Below are positions 38,688 to 49,386 of a DNA stretch of 64,000 nt, piece by piece (the first letter of the stretch is position 1; each line of letters opens with the position of its first letter). The notes below the pieces were generated by a model. That model was not told the DNA's origin and searched no databases. It saw only the letters and a list, made by a program, of their open reading frames with translations. This stretch comes from a virus (Duplodnaviria; Caudoviricetes), in the IMG/VR virus record IMGVR_UViG_3300029288_000057, positions 226,887 to 290,886 of that record. The stretch is one strand, 5' to 3'. Made by a program: the position numbers and the translations under genes.

Positions 38688-39587
38688 ATGGCAAGAAAAT
38701 TAACTACGGAAGAATTTATTATAAAAGCCAAAGAAAAATTTGGCGACACATATGATTATTCTTTAGTTATTTATAAAAACTATGAAACTCCAATAAAAAT
38801 AGTTTGTAAAACACATGGAGAGTTCTCTCAAACTCCGAATATACATTTAATTGCAAAATGTGGTTGTCCTAAGTGTTCTGGATATTATAAAGTTAGCCAA
38901 GAAGGTTTTATTGAAAGAGCAAAAAATGTTCATGGAGATAAATATGATTATTCTTTAGTTAATTATATACACAACGAACAAAAGGTTAAAATTATATGTA
39001 ATATTCATGGGATTTTTGAACAAACTCCCCATTCTCATATTTCGCAAAAATCAGGATGTAAAAAGTGCACTGGGAAATACAAAGAGACAGAAGAGTTTGT
39101 TAAAAGAGCCAAAGAAGTTCATGGAAGTAAATATGATTATTCTTTAGTTAATTATAAAAGTTCAAAAAGCAAAATCAAGATAATTTGTCTAACTCATGGG
39201 ATATTTAATCAAGAGGCAAATTCTCACTTAAAAGGGAATGGTTGTCCCTGTTGCAAAACAAGCAAAGGAGAAAGTGCAGTAAAGCGCTTTTTAGTGGATA
39301 ATAATATACTTTTTAAACAACAAAAAACTTTTAAAGAATGTAGATATAAATTACCCCTTCCTTTTGATTTTTATATTCCAAAACATAATATATGTATTGA
39401 ATATGATGGAAAACAACACTCTACTCCCATAAAGCTTTTTGGTGGGCAAAGGGGATTTGAGCTAATACAATTAAAAGACAAAATTAAGACAGATTATTGT
39501 AAAAACAACAACATTTCTCTCATTCGAGTTCGCTATGATGAAAATATTGAAAAAGTCTTGAATCAAAAGTTGATTTTTAGAAAATAA
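38688..39587 (+). CDS. Putative homing endonuclease (paralog of 31880-32782)
   Basis: Same three Zn repeats and LPFDFYIP..IEYDG.QH; TATATTTG at 38668. Confidence 0.8.
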   Translation: MARKLTTEEFIIKAKEKFGDTYDYSLVIYKNYETPIKIVCKTHGEFSQTPNIHLIAKCGCPKCSGYYKVSQEGFIERAKNVHGDKYDYSLVNYIHNEQKVKIICNIHGIFEQTPHSHISQKSGCKKCTGKYKETEEFVKRAKEVHGSKYDYSLVNYKSSKSKIKIICLTHGIFNQEANSHLKGNGCPCCKTSKGESAVKRFLVDNNILFKQQKTFKECRYKLPLPFDFYIPKHNICIEYDGKQHSTPIKLFGGQRGFELIQLKDKIKTDYCKNNNISLIRVRYDENIEKVLNQKLIFRK

Positions 39588-39625
39588 TTATTTTATTCGA
39601 TTATTTATGATTAAATAATCGCATT

Positions 39626-42600
39626 ATGTACACAAATTACGATTACGAAGACGAACAGCAAAGTATGGAAGAAAAAATGAATCAATTCTTTGGTCCATTT
39701 TCATCTGAAATTAGAAATAGATTAATGTCTAAGAACCTGGTTAAGCCAGAGAGTCTATATGATGTGTTTTATCCTTCTGTAAAAAAAGACTTATTAAGCA
39801 AAAACGAAAATCATTTCAATGTTAATTTGGATGAGTTTTCTGAAAACATAAGAAATCAACAATTAGCCAAAGCTGTTGAAAAAACTTTTTCACTGGAAGA
39901 GCAATCAGAAGATTTTAGAAAATCTTTATTGGCCAGGGAAAATTTACATAAAAGTACAACTGAATCTTTTGATTTGTTTGAAACAAAAAGAAAAGATTTG
40001 CTTAGTAAAAATGTAAGTTCTACAGCTGATTTGTTTGTGGATTCTACATCATACAGAAATACAAATGTGGCCAAAAACGCAGTTAATCCAAATTTAGAGA
40101 AAAAAACAAATGAAAATCAGGATGAATATAGGAATGAAAATTTAGCTCACAACTCCTCTAAGGAACAAGATTTGTTGGGTAATTCCGAACAATTCAGAAA
40201 AGAAGAATTGTCAAAGAATAATTTACACGAAACTGATTTAGAAGAAAAATCCAAAGCGTTTAGAGATGGGGAAATTGCTTTAAATAAAACAAAAGAATCT
40301 GATTTAGAAATTGATTCTGAAACATTCAGAAGAGAAGCTTTGTCAAAAAACAACTCACATGAATCTGACTTGGAAGTTGATTCCGAAAGTTTTAAAAAGG
40401 AAAATTTAGCTAAGAATGTTACAAAAGAAACTGATTTGGAAGTTGACTCGGAACAATTTAAAAAAGAGAATTTAGCCAAGAACGTTTCTAAAGAAACAGA
40501 TTTAGAAATGGACTCAACCAGGTTCAGAAATGAAGAGTTGAGCAAAAACAAACAACAAGGAACTGATGATTTAGCAGATGATTCAGAATCGTTTAGAAAT
40601 AATCAGTTAGCCAATAATGTTCCAAAAGACTCAAGTTTAGAAGATGATTCAAATTCTTTTAGAAGCAATCAGCTTGCTAACAATGTTACAAAGAAATCAG
40701 ATTTAGAAGATGATTCAAGTGCTTTTAGAAATTCTGATTTAGCATATAACAATTCAAAAACAACAGATTTAGAGGCCGATTCTAATGAGTTTAGAAAAGA
40801 AAATATATCAAACAACACCCCAAAGCAAACTGATTTATTAATTGACTCAGAAGGGTACAAAAAAAACAATGTATCAAACAACATTTCAAAAGAAACTGAT
40901 TTAGAAGTTGATTCTATATCATATAGAAAAAATGAAATGTCTTTAAATGTGCCGTCTACTTCAGATTTGGAAAGCGGTTCTGTTACATATAGAAATAAAG
41001 AATTATCTTTAAATGTGCCGTCTACTTCAGATTTAGAAGACGCTTCCGTTTCGTATAGAGAAAATGTATTGGCAGAAAACGTATCTTCAAGTTCAGATTT
41101 GGAAGAGGATTCGGTACCATATAGAGAAAGTGTGTTGGCAGAAAACGTACCTTCAGATTCAGATTTAGAAAAAGACTCAATTCCATATAGAGATACTGTG
41201 TTGGCAGAAAACGTCCCAAATAATTCAGATTTGGAAACAGATTCTGTTACATTTAGGAATGACGTGCTGGCTGAAAATGTGCCTGGAACATCTAATTTAG
41301 AAGAAGACTCAGTACAATTTAGAAGTGATTTGGTAGCGGAAAATGTTCCTAGCACCTCAGATTTAGAAACTGATTCAGTTACATATAGGGATGATTTGGT
41401 AGCAGAAAATGTTCTTGGTACCTCAGACTTAGAAACTGATTCAGTTACATATAGAGATGATTTGATAGCTGAAAATGTTCCAAACAATTCAGATTTGGAA
41501 GATGACTCTATTACATATAGAGATGATTTGATAGCCGAAAACGTTCCAAACAATTCAGATTTGGAAGATGATTCTGTTTCTTATAGAAATGATGAGTTAG
41601 CACATAATGTGCCAAACACCTCGGATTTAGAAACAGACTCAACACAATATAGAAACAATGAATTGGTAACGAACGTGCCATCAAAACAAACAATTGATTC
41701 ACACTTTGACCAATTTGGGACTGTAAGCAGTGGGGAAGATGAAAGGATAAAAAACTTAAACAAAAATACTGGATTTGGACAATTGGGATTTAATGTTCTT
41801 GGTCCTGGTGGTACTTCTGTTTATGTTGGTGTATCTGGAGTTTGGACACAAGGCTTGCTTTTTAGGAATTTATTAACCATGAGAAACAAATATGTTTCTG
41901 GAGGAATCACAGGCGTTTCTTCAAAATATTATACAGAATCTTATGTGGCTGGATATGGAGAAGGAGGAATGCTTTTGCAGAATACTTTAAACGTGCCAAG
42001 GCAATCGGATATCATCGCATCAAAAGCTCTTCCAATGAACCCAGCAGAGTTTATTAACACAACCAACACGGTTGATGCCGCTCGTTATTATATACCATAT
42101 ACAGAAGTCACATCTCCAATTAAAAGAAGTTTGCAAACTGCGTATGTTTTTGCACTTACACAAAAATTATCTTTGAATTATTATAGTGTTTATGGAAGTT
42201 CTAAAACTACTAAAATTAAAATTAACTATGATTTAGACAACGATAATAAATTCGGTTATGTTACATCTGAAGAACAGAGCTTACCAGAAGATAATATTAA
42301 TAATTTAATAAGACAATATTTAAAATATTCTAACTCATTTGCTTTAAACGATAAAGGTTCATTAAAAAGCACCAATACAGATAATAATGTTGCTGCAATT
42401 CTTGCAAAGATACAAAACATGTCTCTTGGAAATGGATTGACTGTTGGCACCAATCCAAAAGCAACAAAAACCATTAACGATTTGATGACAAGCTATGAGG
42501 AAGCATTTAAACTTAAAGCACCCAAATCTTTAACATCTCCTTCTGAAAGTTATTTTACACAGGATGTCGAAACGCAATTTGATGCAACCTACAATAGTGA

Positions 42601-44002
42601 TGAAAACATTAATGACCCCAATGCTCAAAAGATTATTGCAGCAAAACAATTTGCAGGAAACCCAGTTCACGAAGAAGGGTTTGATGGGATTACTGCAAAA
42701 AAAGGAGTGAGATATGTATTGAGAAAAATATCAAACAGTGACATCGATTTTAAAACGAATTACCAAGATATACAAGGGAAGGTAAATGCACCGTCAAAAA
42801 CTTTTATTATAGGAAAAACAAAAATTGGAGGAAACCAAGCTGTAAAAAACGCATATCAAAAATATACCGTAGAAAATCCTTATGCTCCACAAAATGCTGG
42901 AAAATTAATTTTCTATTTTAAGAATTATTCCAACGGACAGCAAATGTATTTTCCTCCATACATTAACAGCTTCCAAAATTCTGATTCTGCGAATTGGAAT
43001 ACAACAAATTTTTTAGGAAGACAAGAGGCAATTTACACATATAACAATTCATCTAGAGATGGGAGTATTTCGTTTTTTGTGTTAACTGATTTTGCTGAAA
43101 GTGTTGTAATAGGAAGAAAACAAGATGAGGACATGAAATTGATTGAAAAACCTATTGGTGTAAATTTTCAAAAAACATCCACTACTTTCGCAGTTCAAGC
43201 AAGAGAAGCCAAAAGAGCTTCACTAGTAAAAGAATTACAAGAAAAACAAAACAAACTCACAGAAGAATTTAATAAAAGCACATCACAACAAATTGTCACA
43301 CTTAAAACTACAGAATCAGGCACCACACAAGCTGAAATAGATAAAAAGGTAAATGATAAAACTCAAGACGGATATGCCACTTACAGCAAGGAAATGCAAG
43401 ATATTCAAGCATTGATAAATAAAGAAAATGCTGCGGCAGAAGATGAAATTAGTAGCCTTTCTGCTAATTATTCGGAATCGTCTATAAAGTATAAAAACGT
43501 ATATGAGTTAAATGTAACCAGTAAAGATAGGGTGGATGGATATATAGAAACAAAGGTGGGAGATACAATAGCAAGGATTGATGAAATGATTAAAAACCTG
43601 GCATTTCAACCTGCGTTCTTTTCTGGTAGCAAAGCTGATTTTAAAAACAGAATGGAGTTTTTATCAAAAATGACAAGGCCAGCAAACAATACCGTAGACA
43701 GAGTATATAATGACACAAAGATGGTTTGGGAAGGCTCTGGTGGATTTTCATTTACAAGACCACCAGTTTGTCATATGAGGCTTGGGGATTGGATTGACCA
43801 TGACATTATTGTTAACAGTGTAAGTTATGATTATTCTGATGCTCCATGGACGACAGATTTGAATATTGGCGGAAAGGTACAGCCTATGTGGGCAAACGTT
43901 ACCATTAACTTTAACATTGTAGGTCCAGCTGGTGGACGTGGGGTTCCGTTAACATCAACTGACGTTGAAGGATTTTATGGAACAAAAACAATAAGGGGTT
44001 AA
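39626..44002 (+). CDS. Baseplate/tail-tube-initiator-like protein with an N-terminal 22-aa repeat array
   Basis: C-terminal F.PYI.SF..S..ANW....LGR.E.IYTY..S.R..ISF and PP...R.GD....I..SVSY.Y..PW motifs of gp48/54-type proteins. Confidence 0.65.
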   Translation: MYTNYDYEDEQQSMEEKMNQFFGPFSSEIRNRLMSKNLVKPESLYDVFYPSVKKDLLSKNENHFNVNLDEFSENIRNQQLAKAVEKTFSLEEQSEDFRKSLLARENLHKSTTESFDLFETKRKDLLSKNVSSTADLFVDSTSYRNTNVAKNAVNPNLEKKTNENQDEYRNENLAHNSSKEQDLLGNSEQFRKEELSKNNLHETDLEEKSKAFRDGEIALNKTKESDLEIDSETFRREALSKNNSHESDLEVDSESFKKENLAKNVTKETDLEVDSEQFKKENLAKNVSKETDLEMDSTRFRNEELSKNKQQGTDDLADDSESFRNNQLANNVPKDSSLEDDSNSFRSNQLANNVTKKSDLEDDSSAFRNSDLAYNNSKTTDLEADSNEFRKENISNNTPKQTDLLIDSEGYKKNNVSNNISKETDLEVDSISYRKNEMSLNVPSTSDLESGSVTYRNKELSLNVPSTSDLEDASVSYRENVLAENVSSSSDLEEDSVPYRESVLAENVPSDSDLEKDSIPYRDTVLAENVPNNSDLETDSVTFRNDVLAENVPGTSNLEEDSVQFRSDLVAENVPSTSDLETDSVTYRDDLVAENVLGTSDLETDSVTYRDDLIAENVPNNSDLEDDSITYRDDLIAENVPNNSDLEDDSVSYRNDELAHNVPNTSDLETDSTQYRNNELVTNVPSKQTIDSHFDQFGTVSSGEDERIKNLNKNTGFGQLGFNVLGPGGTSVYVGVSGVWTQGLLFRNLLTMRNKYVSGGITGVSSKYYTESYVAGYGEGGMLLQNTLNVPRQSDIIASKALPMNPAEFINTTNTVDAARYYIPYTEVTSPIKRSLQTAYVFALTQKLSLNYYSVYGSSKTTKIKINYDLDNDNKFGYVTSEEQSLPEDNINNLIRQYLKYSNSFALNDKGSLKSTNTDNNVAAILAKIQNMSLGNGLTVGTNPKATKTINDLMTSYEEAFKLKAPKSLTSPSESYFTQDVETQFDATYNSDENINDPNAQKIIAAKQFAGNPVHEEGFDGITAKKGVRYVLRKISNSDIDFKTNYQDIQGKVNAPSKTFIIGKTKIGGNQAVKNAYQKYTVENPYAPQNAGKLIFYFKNYSNGQQMYFPPYINSFQNSDSANWNTTNFLGRQEAIYTYNNSSRDGSISFFVLTDFAESVVIGRKQDEDMKLIEKPIGVNFQKTSTTFAVQAREAKRASLVKELQEKQNKLTEEFNKSTSQQIVTLKTTESGTTQAEIDKKVNDKTQDGYATYSKEMQDIQALINKENAAAEDEISSLSANYSESSIKYKNVYELNVTSKDRVDGYIETKVGDTIARIDEMIKNLAFQPAFFSGSKADFKNRMEFLSKMTRPANNTVDRVYNDTKMVWEGSGGFSFTRPPVCHMRLGDWIDHDIIVNSVSYDYSDAPWTTDLNIGGKVQPMWANVTINFNIVGPAGGRGVPLTSTDVEGFYGTKTIRG
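40169..41689 (+). repeat. 23 tandem 66-bp (22-aa) repeats DLE.DS..(F/Y)R...LA.NV....
   Basis: Read directly from the translation. One unit is 23 aa, and further degenerate units lie upstream. Confidence 0.92.
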
Positions 44003-44052
44003 CTGTTTTCTTTATTTTTTTTGTTTATTATATTTATATTAAAAGAATCATT

Positions 44053-44364
44053 ATGGCATTTAATTTTGGAACTTTATTAATAAACAGCACAGAAGGAACT
44101 TTGGATGATATGCCACCTGTTGACATAGACAAAAGAACTACAGATAAAAAAGTTTTGTACAATAAAAACTTAACTAGACTTGATAGGATAGCTGGAGATT
44201 TATATGAGGATGAAACTTTATGGAAAATAATTCTATGGGCTAATCCAGATTATGAATGCGAATTCGACATCCCAGACAATACCATCATAAGAATTCCATG
44301 GCCTAAAATGGATGTTTTAGATGAAGTGTCTAAAAAAATAATCAATAGGAAAAATTTAGGTTAA
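44053..44364 (+). CDS. LysM-like baseplate wedge protein (gp53-like)
   Basis: RLDRIA..LY....LW.IIL.ANP...IP....IRIP. Confidence 0.8.
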   Translation: MAFNFGTLLINSTEGTLDDMPPVDIDKRTTDKKVLYNKNLTRLDRIAGDLYEDETLWKIILWANPDYECEFDIPDNTIIRIPWPKMDVLDEVSKKIINRKNLG

Positions 44365-44366
44365 CA

Positions 44367-47300
44367 ATGGGAAATTTACAAAAGCCAGAATTTTTTAACA
44401 TGGATGACTTATATCTAAATGTAAGGCTTAAAACTTGCATTGACGGTAGTGCTTATGATTTTACTGGGAGAAAAACTTTTGACACAAGCTTTTACACAAA
44501 AAATATTGGATTCGGGATAACAGACATAAGTATAGAAATAAATCCATCCCTACAACCATTAATTGACATAACTTTCAAAGATTTATATGGAAATACACTA
44601 TTTGGAACGCAAAGGGCAAGTAACGATTCCATAGACTCTTCTGTTTTATTTAACTGGCCGCCCCCCAAGTTTATTTTTACTTTTAAAGGATATCTTGGAA
44701 GAAGTGTTACGTGGATATTAAATTTAAAAACAACAAATGTATCGTATGTTCCTTCTGATGGAAGTTATGAAGTAAAATGTTCTTTTGTTCCTAACCAGTG
44801 GGGTTTTCTGGCAGATATTCCAGTTTTATATTTGCTTGCATGTAAGAAGTTGAGATATGTTGATTATGGAAATAAAAGCAGAACGACTGTTGGTGGTTGC
44901 ATATTTGAATCGGACAGTGTTTTTTCTTACACAAGAATTGGTAAGCATGTAGAAACCAAGACAAATGAGGAGTCTAAAGATTTTGAATTATTAAAAAAGC
45001 AACTGACAAGTATTAAATATGGATTGGCCAATGCAGTTTTTGTTGCGAAAACAATAAAACTTGATGAGCCAATAACTGGATTGGTAAACAACATTCAGAT
45101 TAAAGGGTTTACAAATTTAGTTGTTTCTATTAATGCAGGCGATAAACAAAAAGATTTGCAGAAAGAAGCGATGGACTCAAAGAACTTAAGAAAGTTAGAT
45201 ACATATTTACAATTGAATGTAAGGGTTGAAGACAACTCTTCTCCAACAGCAAAAAGTGCGTCTGCATGGCAAAATGCAAAAGGAGCTCCTGTTAACACCA
45301 AAGAAATATCAGGCGGCGTCAAATATACTGATATGAAAGACGCCACAGCACAAACACAAAAAGAAGAACAAGAACAAACGGAGAAAAAAGGAAAACTTTT
45401 CGAGATTGTCAATGAAAATCTAGCATTAATAGAAGATGAAATAAAAAGGAGAATATTTTCATCAACGAAAAGTGAAATATCAAAGTTAACAATTGGTGAG
45501 GTATTTAGACAGATAGCAAGGGATTCTGGATTTATTTTAGGCAGTATTTTACAGGCTGGATTTGATGGATATTACAAAAACAAAGCGTCAAGAGATAGTG
45601 CAGAAGGGAAAAGAGAATTAATAGGAAACTGTTTTCCTTTATGGATAAATGGTGATGGCGAAGAAGTACCAGCAATGCAAGACTTAGATATTTACAAAAG
45701 CAAAAATTCAATTGGGGGTTCTGTCGGAAATATATCTTTAGAAGAAAAAAACAGGGATAAGGCCAATTCGTATGGGGTTGCTAGTTGTGAAATGGATTTT
45801 GTGGAGAGATTTATAGGTGCCGTTGGAGAAGGTATTGCAGAAAATTTATTAAGTGATGATGCAGCTTCGGAAATGGGAGATAAAATTAAAAATAGAATAA
45901 ATAATTTAGAGGCAATACAACCAAATCCATATAAACCTTTTTATGAAAATATTATAGAAAACATTTTAATACGTTCTGGAATAATTGCTTATATAACTAG
46001 GAGTAAAGACCCAAATAAGCCTGGTGATTATCCTAAAGAAGTGTATTTGCAAGATGACGGAGCAAATTCGATAATTACTTTGACAAATTTGGATATGGAA
46101 AATTTGACAAAGGATATTATTACACAACTTTCTTTTGAAGACCAGGCAAGTTTAAAAAGATTTTGTACTTTTTTTAATAATTTAATTTCAGATGATGGAG
46201 ATGCAATACACCCAGCAGCTGGAGGAGGAAAAGCAAAAATAGGAGAATGGTTTCTAGAGGCAAAGTCTGGAATGGCAGCTTTAAAATTAGAAAGTGTTTT
46301 ATTGAGCCCATTTGAACCCGTTCCACACAACCCAGTTCTTACATGGCCAGTTTATGTAAATGGGGCGGATGAGGTAAGAAGTGCAATAAGAAAGGGTGAT
46401 TACGCAGAAGCGGAAAAGGTGGCAAACAATTTAGAGCCTATGAGTTTGTATACGTTGTTTGGAGAAATATTAACTGGAAAAAAAGTAGGAAACACAGGTA
46501 GCACAACAAACATTTCCGATTCTCCAGTTTCAGCAATAACTGCTGATTATGACACTGGTGTTGAAATTGGAAATTATGATGAAACACCTCTTTTTTATAA
46601 TACGTCTGCAATAGACCCGATTACATTAACAGCAATAAATGTAAAAAACAATGGGTTGTATTGGGTGATACCAAAAGCACAAAATGATAAATATTATTAT
46701 GTTTTATTTGACAACCCATCAGATGTATCAAAAACCAAAGAAATAAACGTCCCAAACACTACAACTCCAGAAGATTTTGAAGGGAAAGGTTTTCTTAACA
46801 CTCCAACAAAACATCCCATAGGATTTATTCCAATAGATACCTATGTAAATAAATTTAACAAAGAAGGTGACGTTCCAATGCCCCCAGGAGAAATTTTAGT
46901 AATCAATGAAAGGATAGCAGCGGAAGAATGTTTAAATTATTCAAAATGCAAAACTTATTATAGAGATTATACAAATTATCTACAACCTACAACAGATACG
47001 GTACAATATGCAGAACAAATGGCAGAAACTCAAGTGCCAGCTGAAAGTTTAAGTTATACAATTTATACAAACACCCAAGATGCCACAGACCCATCTAGAA
47101 ACCTTGTGTTTGGACCATTTAATAGAAACCCTTTTAACTCTGGGGACAGAAGGTCATTAAACCAAAGGATTGCAATAAAAACAATGTGTAAGGCTATATT
47201 GAAAAAATTTGGAGAAATAGAAACAGAAAAGGGAGAATTAATAGCAAGTGTCTTTGGAAAAGCAAATGAAAGTAGGGCGGCCATTTATAAACAAATGCAC

Positions 47301-48959
47301 ACAATATTTCATCAGTGGCAAATAATAGCATCAACTATTCAAGGAAAAGAGCCTTGTAGAGCTTATGAATATTCAGACTCATCAAAATTATCATTGTTGA
47401 TTGAACAGGAGTTTGGCATGTGTGATGCTCATGTTGAAAGGGGTGTTGGAACAACGGCACTTAAAGATTTGGCAAAAGATAAAAGTACTCTTTTTGTTTA
47501 CGATTATCCTTTGGCACCAGTTAATGGGAAAAAAATAAATGTAAAACACTCTATAATTAACATTGAACCATTATATAAACCAAACGGGAATACCACTGTT
47601 TTAAATATAATACAACAAATTTGTACAAAGAACAATTTTGTATTTGTTCCATTTCCTGGGGATGCAAATTCTGATAACATAAATGAAATTTATAAACCTT
47701 ATCCAATTTATAAGGGAGACGAAACCCCAAAAAATTATTTTCATGTTTTATTTTCACCAACCCCAGAAACAAGGACTAAGTTGAACAATAACGGAAGTGA
47801 ATATACAACTGATTATATGAGGGATACAGATTTTGAAAACAAAGCAATATCAATAAGTTTTGGGTCTGTAAACAACCAAATTGTAAAGAGCATTGGTGTT
47901 AGTACTGACTCTACAAAACCAACAGCAGAAAGCATCCTTAACCTACAGAGGCTTGTAGATAAAGAAAACACAAATCAAAAAGTTAGCATGGACTGTTCCA
48001 TGCTTCCCATTTATGAGGGTAGAAGTTATAAGGCCAAGGTTGACATGATAGGAAATGCACAAGTATATCCAATGCAGTATTTTTATATACAAACGATGCC
48101 AATGTTTGGGGGATTACATCAGATAATGAAGGTTACTCACAACATCACTCCCAATGATATGACGACTTCTGTAGAAGGGATTCGAATGAGGTTTTCTACA
48201 AATGGTTCTTATGGTGGAATACCACCAGTGACACTTGAAGATTTGCAGGCATTAGGAGATATGTCAAGACCGTTAGAACAAGATGTAGATAAAAAAAGCA
48301 CACTTGGACTAACAGGAGAAACTAGAGTTGAAGAATCAACGGCGGGAGATGTGGCATTTTCTGATATGACTGGAATAACATTTGATGAATCTGGAAGAAT
48401 TAAGGTGGCTATTTTCAATCTTTCCAACAGCAAAGTAACTAGTGGATTTGTTAGAACAAAAGGATTTTGGTATACAAAAGCAAATGGGCAAAGAGGAGAG
48501 GTTAAGGCGGGAGATTTGCATGGGGGTGTTGATTTGAAAGTTCCAAGTGGAACTCTTTTATATTCTCCGTTTGACGGTACAATTAATTTTGCTGGAGACT
48601 GGGATGGTTTTGGAGGACACGTCCAAGTAACATATAAAAGCGATATAACATCCAATTTTATGTCACTTCAAGGTGCAACTATTGTAATGAAATTTAGTCA
48701 CTGTAAAGATTGGCTCAATCTTAAGAGAGGAGATAAAGTTAAAGCAGGTCAACCAATAGCAATTAGTGGGGGTAATTTAGCAGACCCACACCATGGCTCT
48801 ACAACAGCCGCTCACTTACATTTTGAGCTTTCTATAAATGGAAAACTTGTAGACCCATTAAAGTATTTGAACTTTATCGGAGTAACACTTACTGACAATG
48901 ATAAACGTAGCATATCAAACATATCAAAGCCTGATAATAACATAAGAACCCCAGTGTAA
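44367..48959 (+). CDS. Large baseplate hub protein with C-terminal M23 peptidase
   Basis: V.MIGNA...PMQYF...P.F.G...I.KV.H.I hub motif; M23 motifs HGGVD....GT...P.DG and HLHFE....VDP..YL. Confidence 0.8.
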   Translation: MGNLQKPEFFNMDDLYLNVRLKTCIDGSAYDFTGRKTFDTSFYTKNIGFGITDISIEINPSLQPLIDITFKDLYGNTLFGTQRASNDSIDSSVLFNWPPPKFIFTFKGYLGRSVTWILNLKTTNVSYVPSDGSYEVKCSFVPNQWGFLADIPVLYLLACKKLRYVDYGNKSRTTVGGCIFESDSVFSYTRIGKHVETKTNEESKDFELLKKQLTSIKYGLANAVFVAKTIKLDEPITGLVNNIQIKGFTNLVVSINAGDKQKDLQKEAMDSKNLRKLDTYLQLNVRVEDNSSPTAKSASAWQNAKGAPVNTKEISGGVKYTDMKDATAQTQKEEQEQTEKKGKLFEIVNENLALIEDEIKRRIFSSTKSEISKLTIGEVFRQIARDSGFILGSILQAGFDGYYKNKASRDSAEGKRELIGNCFPLWINGDGEEVPAMQDLDIYKSKNSIGGSVGNISLEEKNRDKANSYGVASCEMDFVERFIGAVGEGIAENLLSDDAASEMGDKIKNRINNLEAIQPNPYKPFYENIIENILIRSGIIAYITRSKDPNKPGDYPKEVYLQDDGANSIITLTNLDMENLTKDIITQLSFEDQASLKRFCTFFNNLISDDGDAIHPAAGGGKAKIGEWFLEAKSGMAALKLESVLLSPFEPVPHNPVLTWPVYVNGADEVRSAIRKGDYAEAEKVANNLEPMSLYTLFGEILTGKKVGNTGSTTNISDSPVSAITADYDTGVEIGNYDETPLFYNTSAIDPITLTAINVKNNGLYWVIPKAQNDKYYYVLFDNPSDVSKTKEINVPNTTTPEDFEGKGFLNTPTKHPIGFIPIDTYVNKFNKEGDVPMPPGEILVINERIAAEECLNYSKCKTYYRDYTNYLQPTTDTVQYAEQMAETQVPAESLSYTIYTNTQDATDPSRNLVFGPFNRNPFNSGDRRSLNQRIAIKTMCKAILKKFGEIETEKGELIASVFGKANESRAAIYKQMHTIFHQWQIIASTIQGKEPCRAYEYSDSSKLSLLIEQEFGMCDAHVERGVGTTALKDLAKDKSTLFVYDYPLAPVNGKKINVKHSIINIEPLYKPNGNTTVLNIIQQICTKNNFVFVPFPGDANSDNINEIYKPYPIYKGDETPKNYFHVLFSPTPETRTKLNNNGSEYTTDYMRDTDFENKAISISFGSVNNQIVKSIGVSTDSTKPTAESILNLQRLVDKENTNQKVSMDCSMLPIYEGRSYKAKVDMIGNAQVYPMQYFYIQTMPMFGGLHQIMKVTHNITPNDMTTSVEGIRMRFSTNGSYGGIPPVTLEDLQALGDMSRPLEQDVDKKSTLGLTGETRVEESTAGDVAFSDMTGITFDESGRIKVAIFNLSNSKVTSGFVRTKGFWYTKANGQRGEVKAGDLHGGVDLKVPSGTLLYSPFDGTINFAGDWDGFGGHVQVTYKSDITSNFMSLQGATIVMKFSHCKDWLNLKRGDKVKAGQPIAISGGNLADPHHGSTTAAHLHFELSINGKLVDPLKYLNFIGVTLTDNDKRSISNISKPDNNIRTPV

Positions 48960-48962
48960 AAA

Positions 48963-49370
48963 TTAGTTCGAAAAAACTGTATAGGAAGATAAAAACCACT
49001 TAGAATTTATCTTTTTATAGGTATATTCAATACCCATCCCAGTCCCGTCAAATCCAATTACTATTGTGTATAAGTTGGGCTTTTTATCAAAGGAATAAAA
49101 ATCGAAATTGTTTTTTACATACATAAAACGTGGACTTTTCAAGAAACAACGACTTTTCCATGGTTTAGTTAGTGCTCCAATGTTTTCTCCCCCACCAAGC
49201 GGCCACATAGTTCTACTGGCCTGAAATGTGCTGTCAGAGTAGAATTTTGCATAAAACGAATCAAAGCTTTCACTTGCTATGGAAGTCTGTTTGACTGTCT
49301 GTGCAACACTTTTGCCTACAACGAATAGTGAACCTATGATTATTGCTATAATTGTGATTATTCTTTTCAT
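48963..49370 (-). CDS. Exported protein, DUF4348-like
   Basis: Signal peptide MKRIITIIAIIIGSLFVVGKSVA and ESFDSFYAKF.SD.TFQ.SR..WPL...Y.KIN.KW.L. Confidence 0.65.
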   Translation of the reverse strand: MKRIITIIAIIIGSLFVVGKSVAQTVKQTSIASESFDSFYAKFYSDSTFQASRTMWPLGGGENIGALTKPWKSRCFLKSPRFMYVKNNFDFYSFDKKPNLYTIVIGFDGTGMGIEYTYKKINSKWFLSSYTVFSN

Positions 49371-49386
49371 TTGTTTTATCTTTATT

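Noticed and set aside
40147-41763. Antisense ORFs and possible CRISPR-like periodicity in the 66-bp array
   Set aside because: The repeats are in-frame, vary at synonymous positions and have no unique spacers, so this is a protein repeat.
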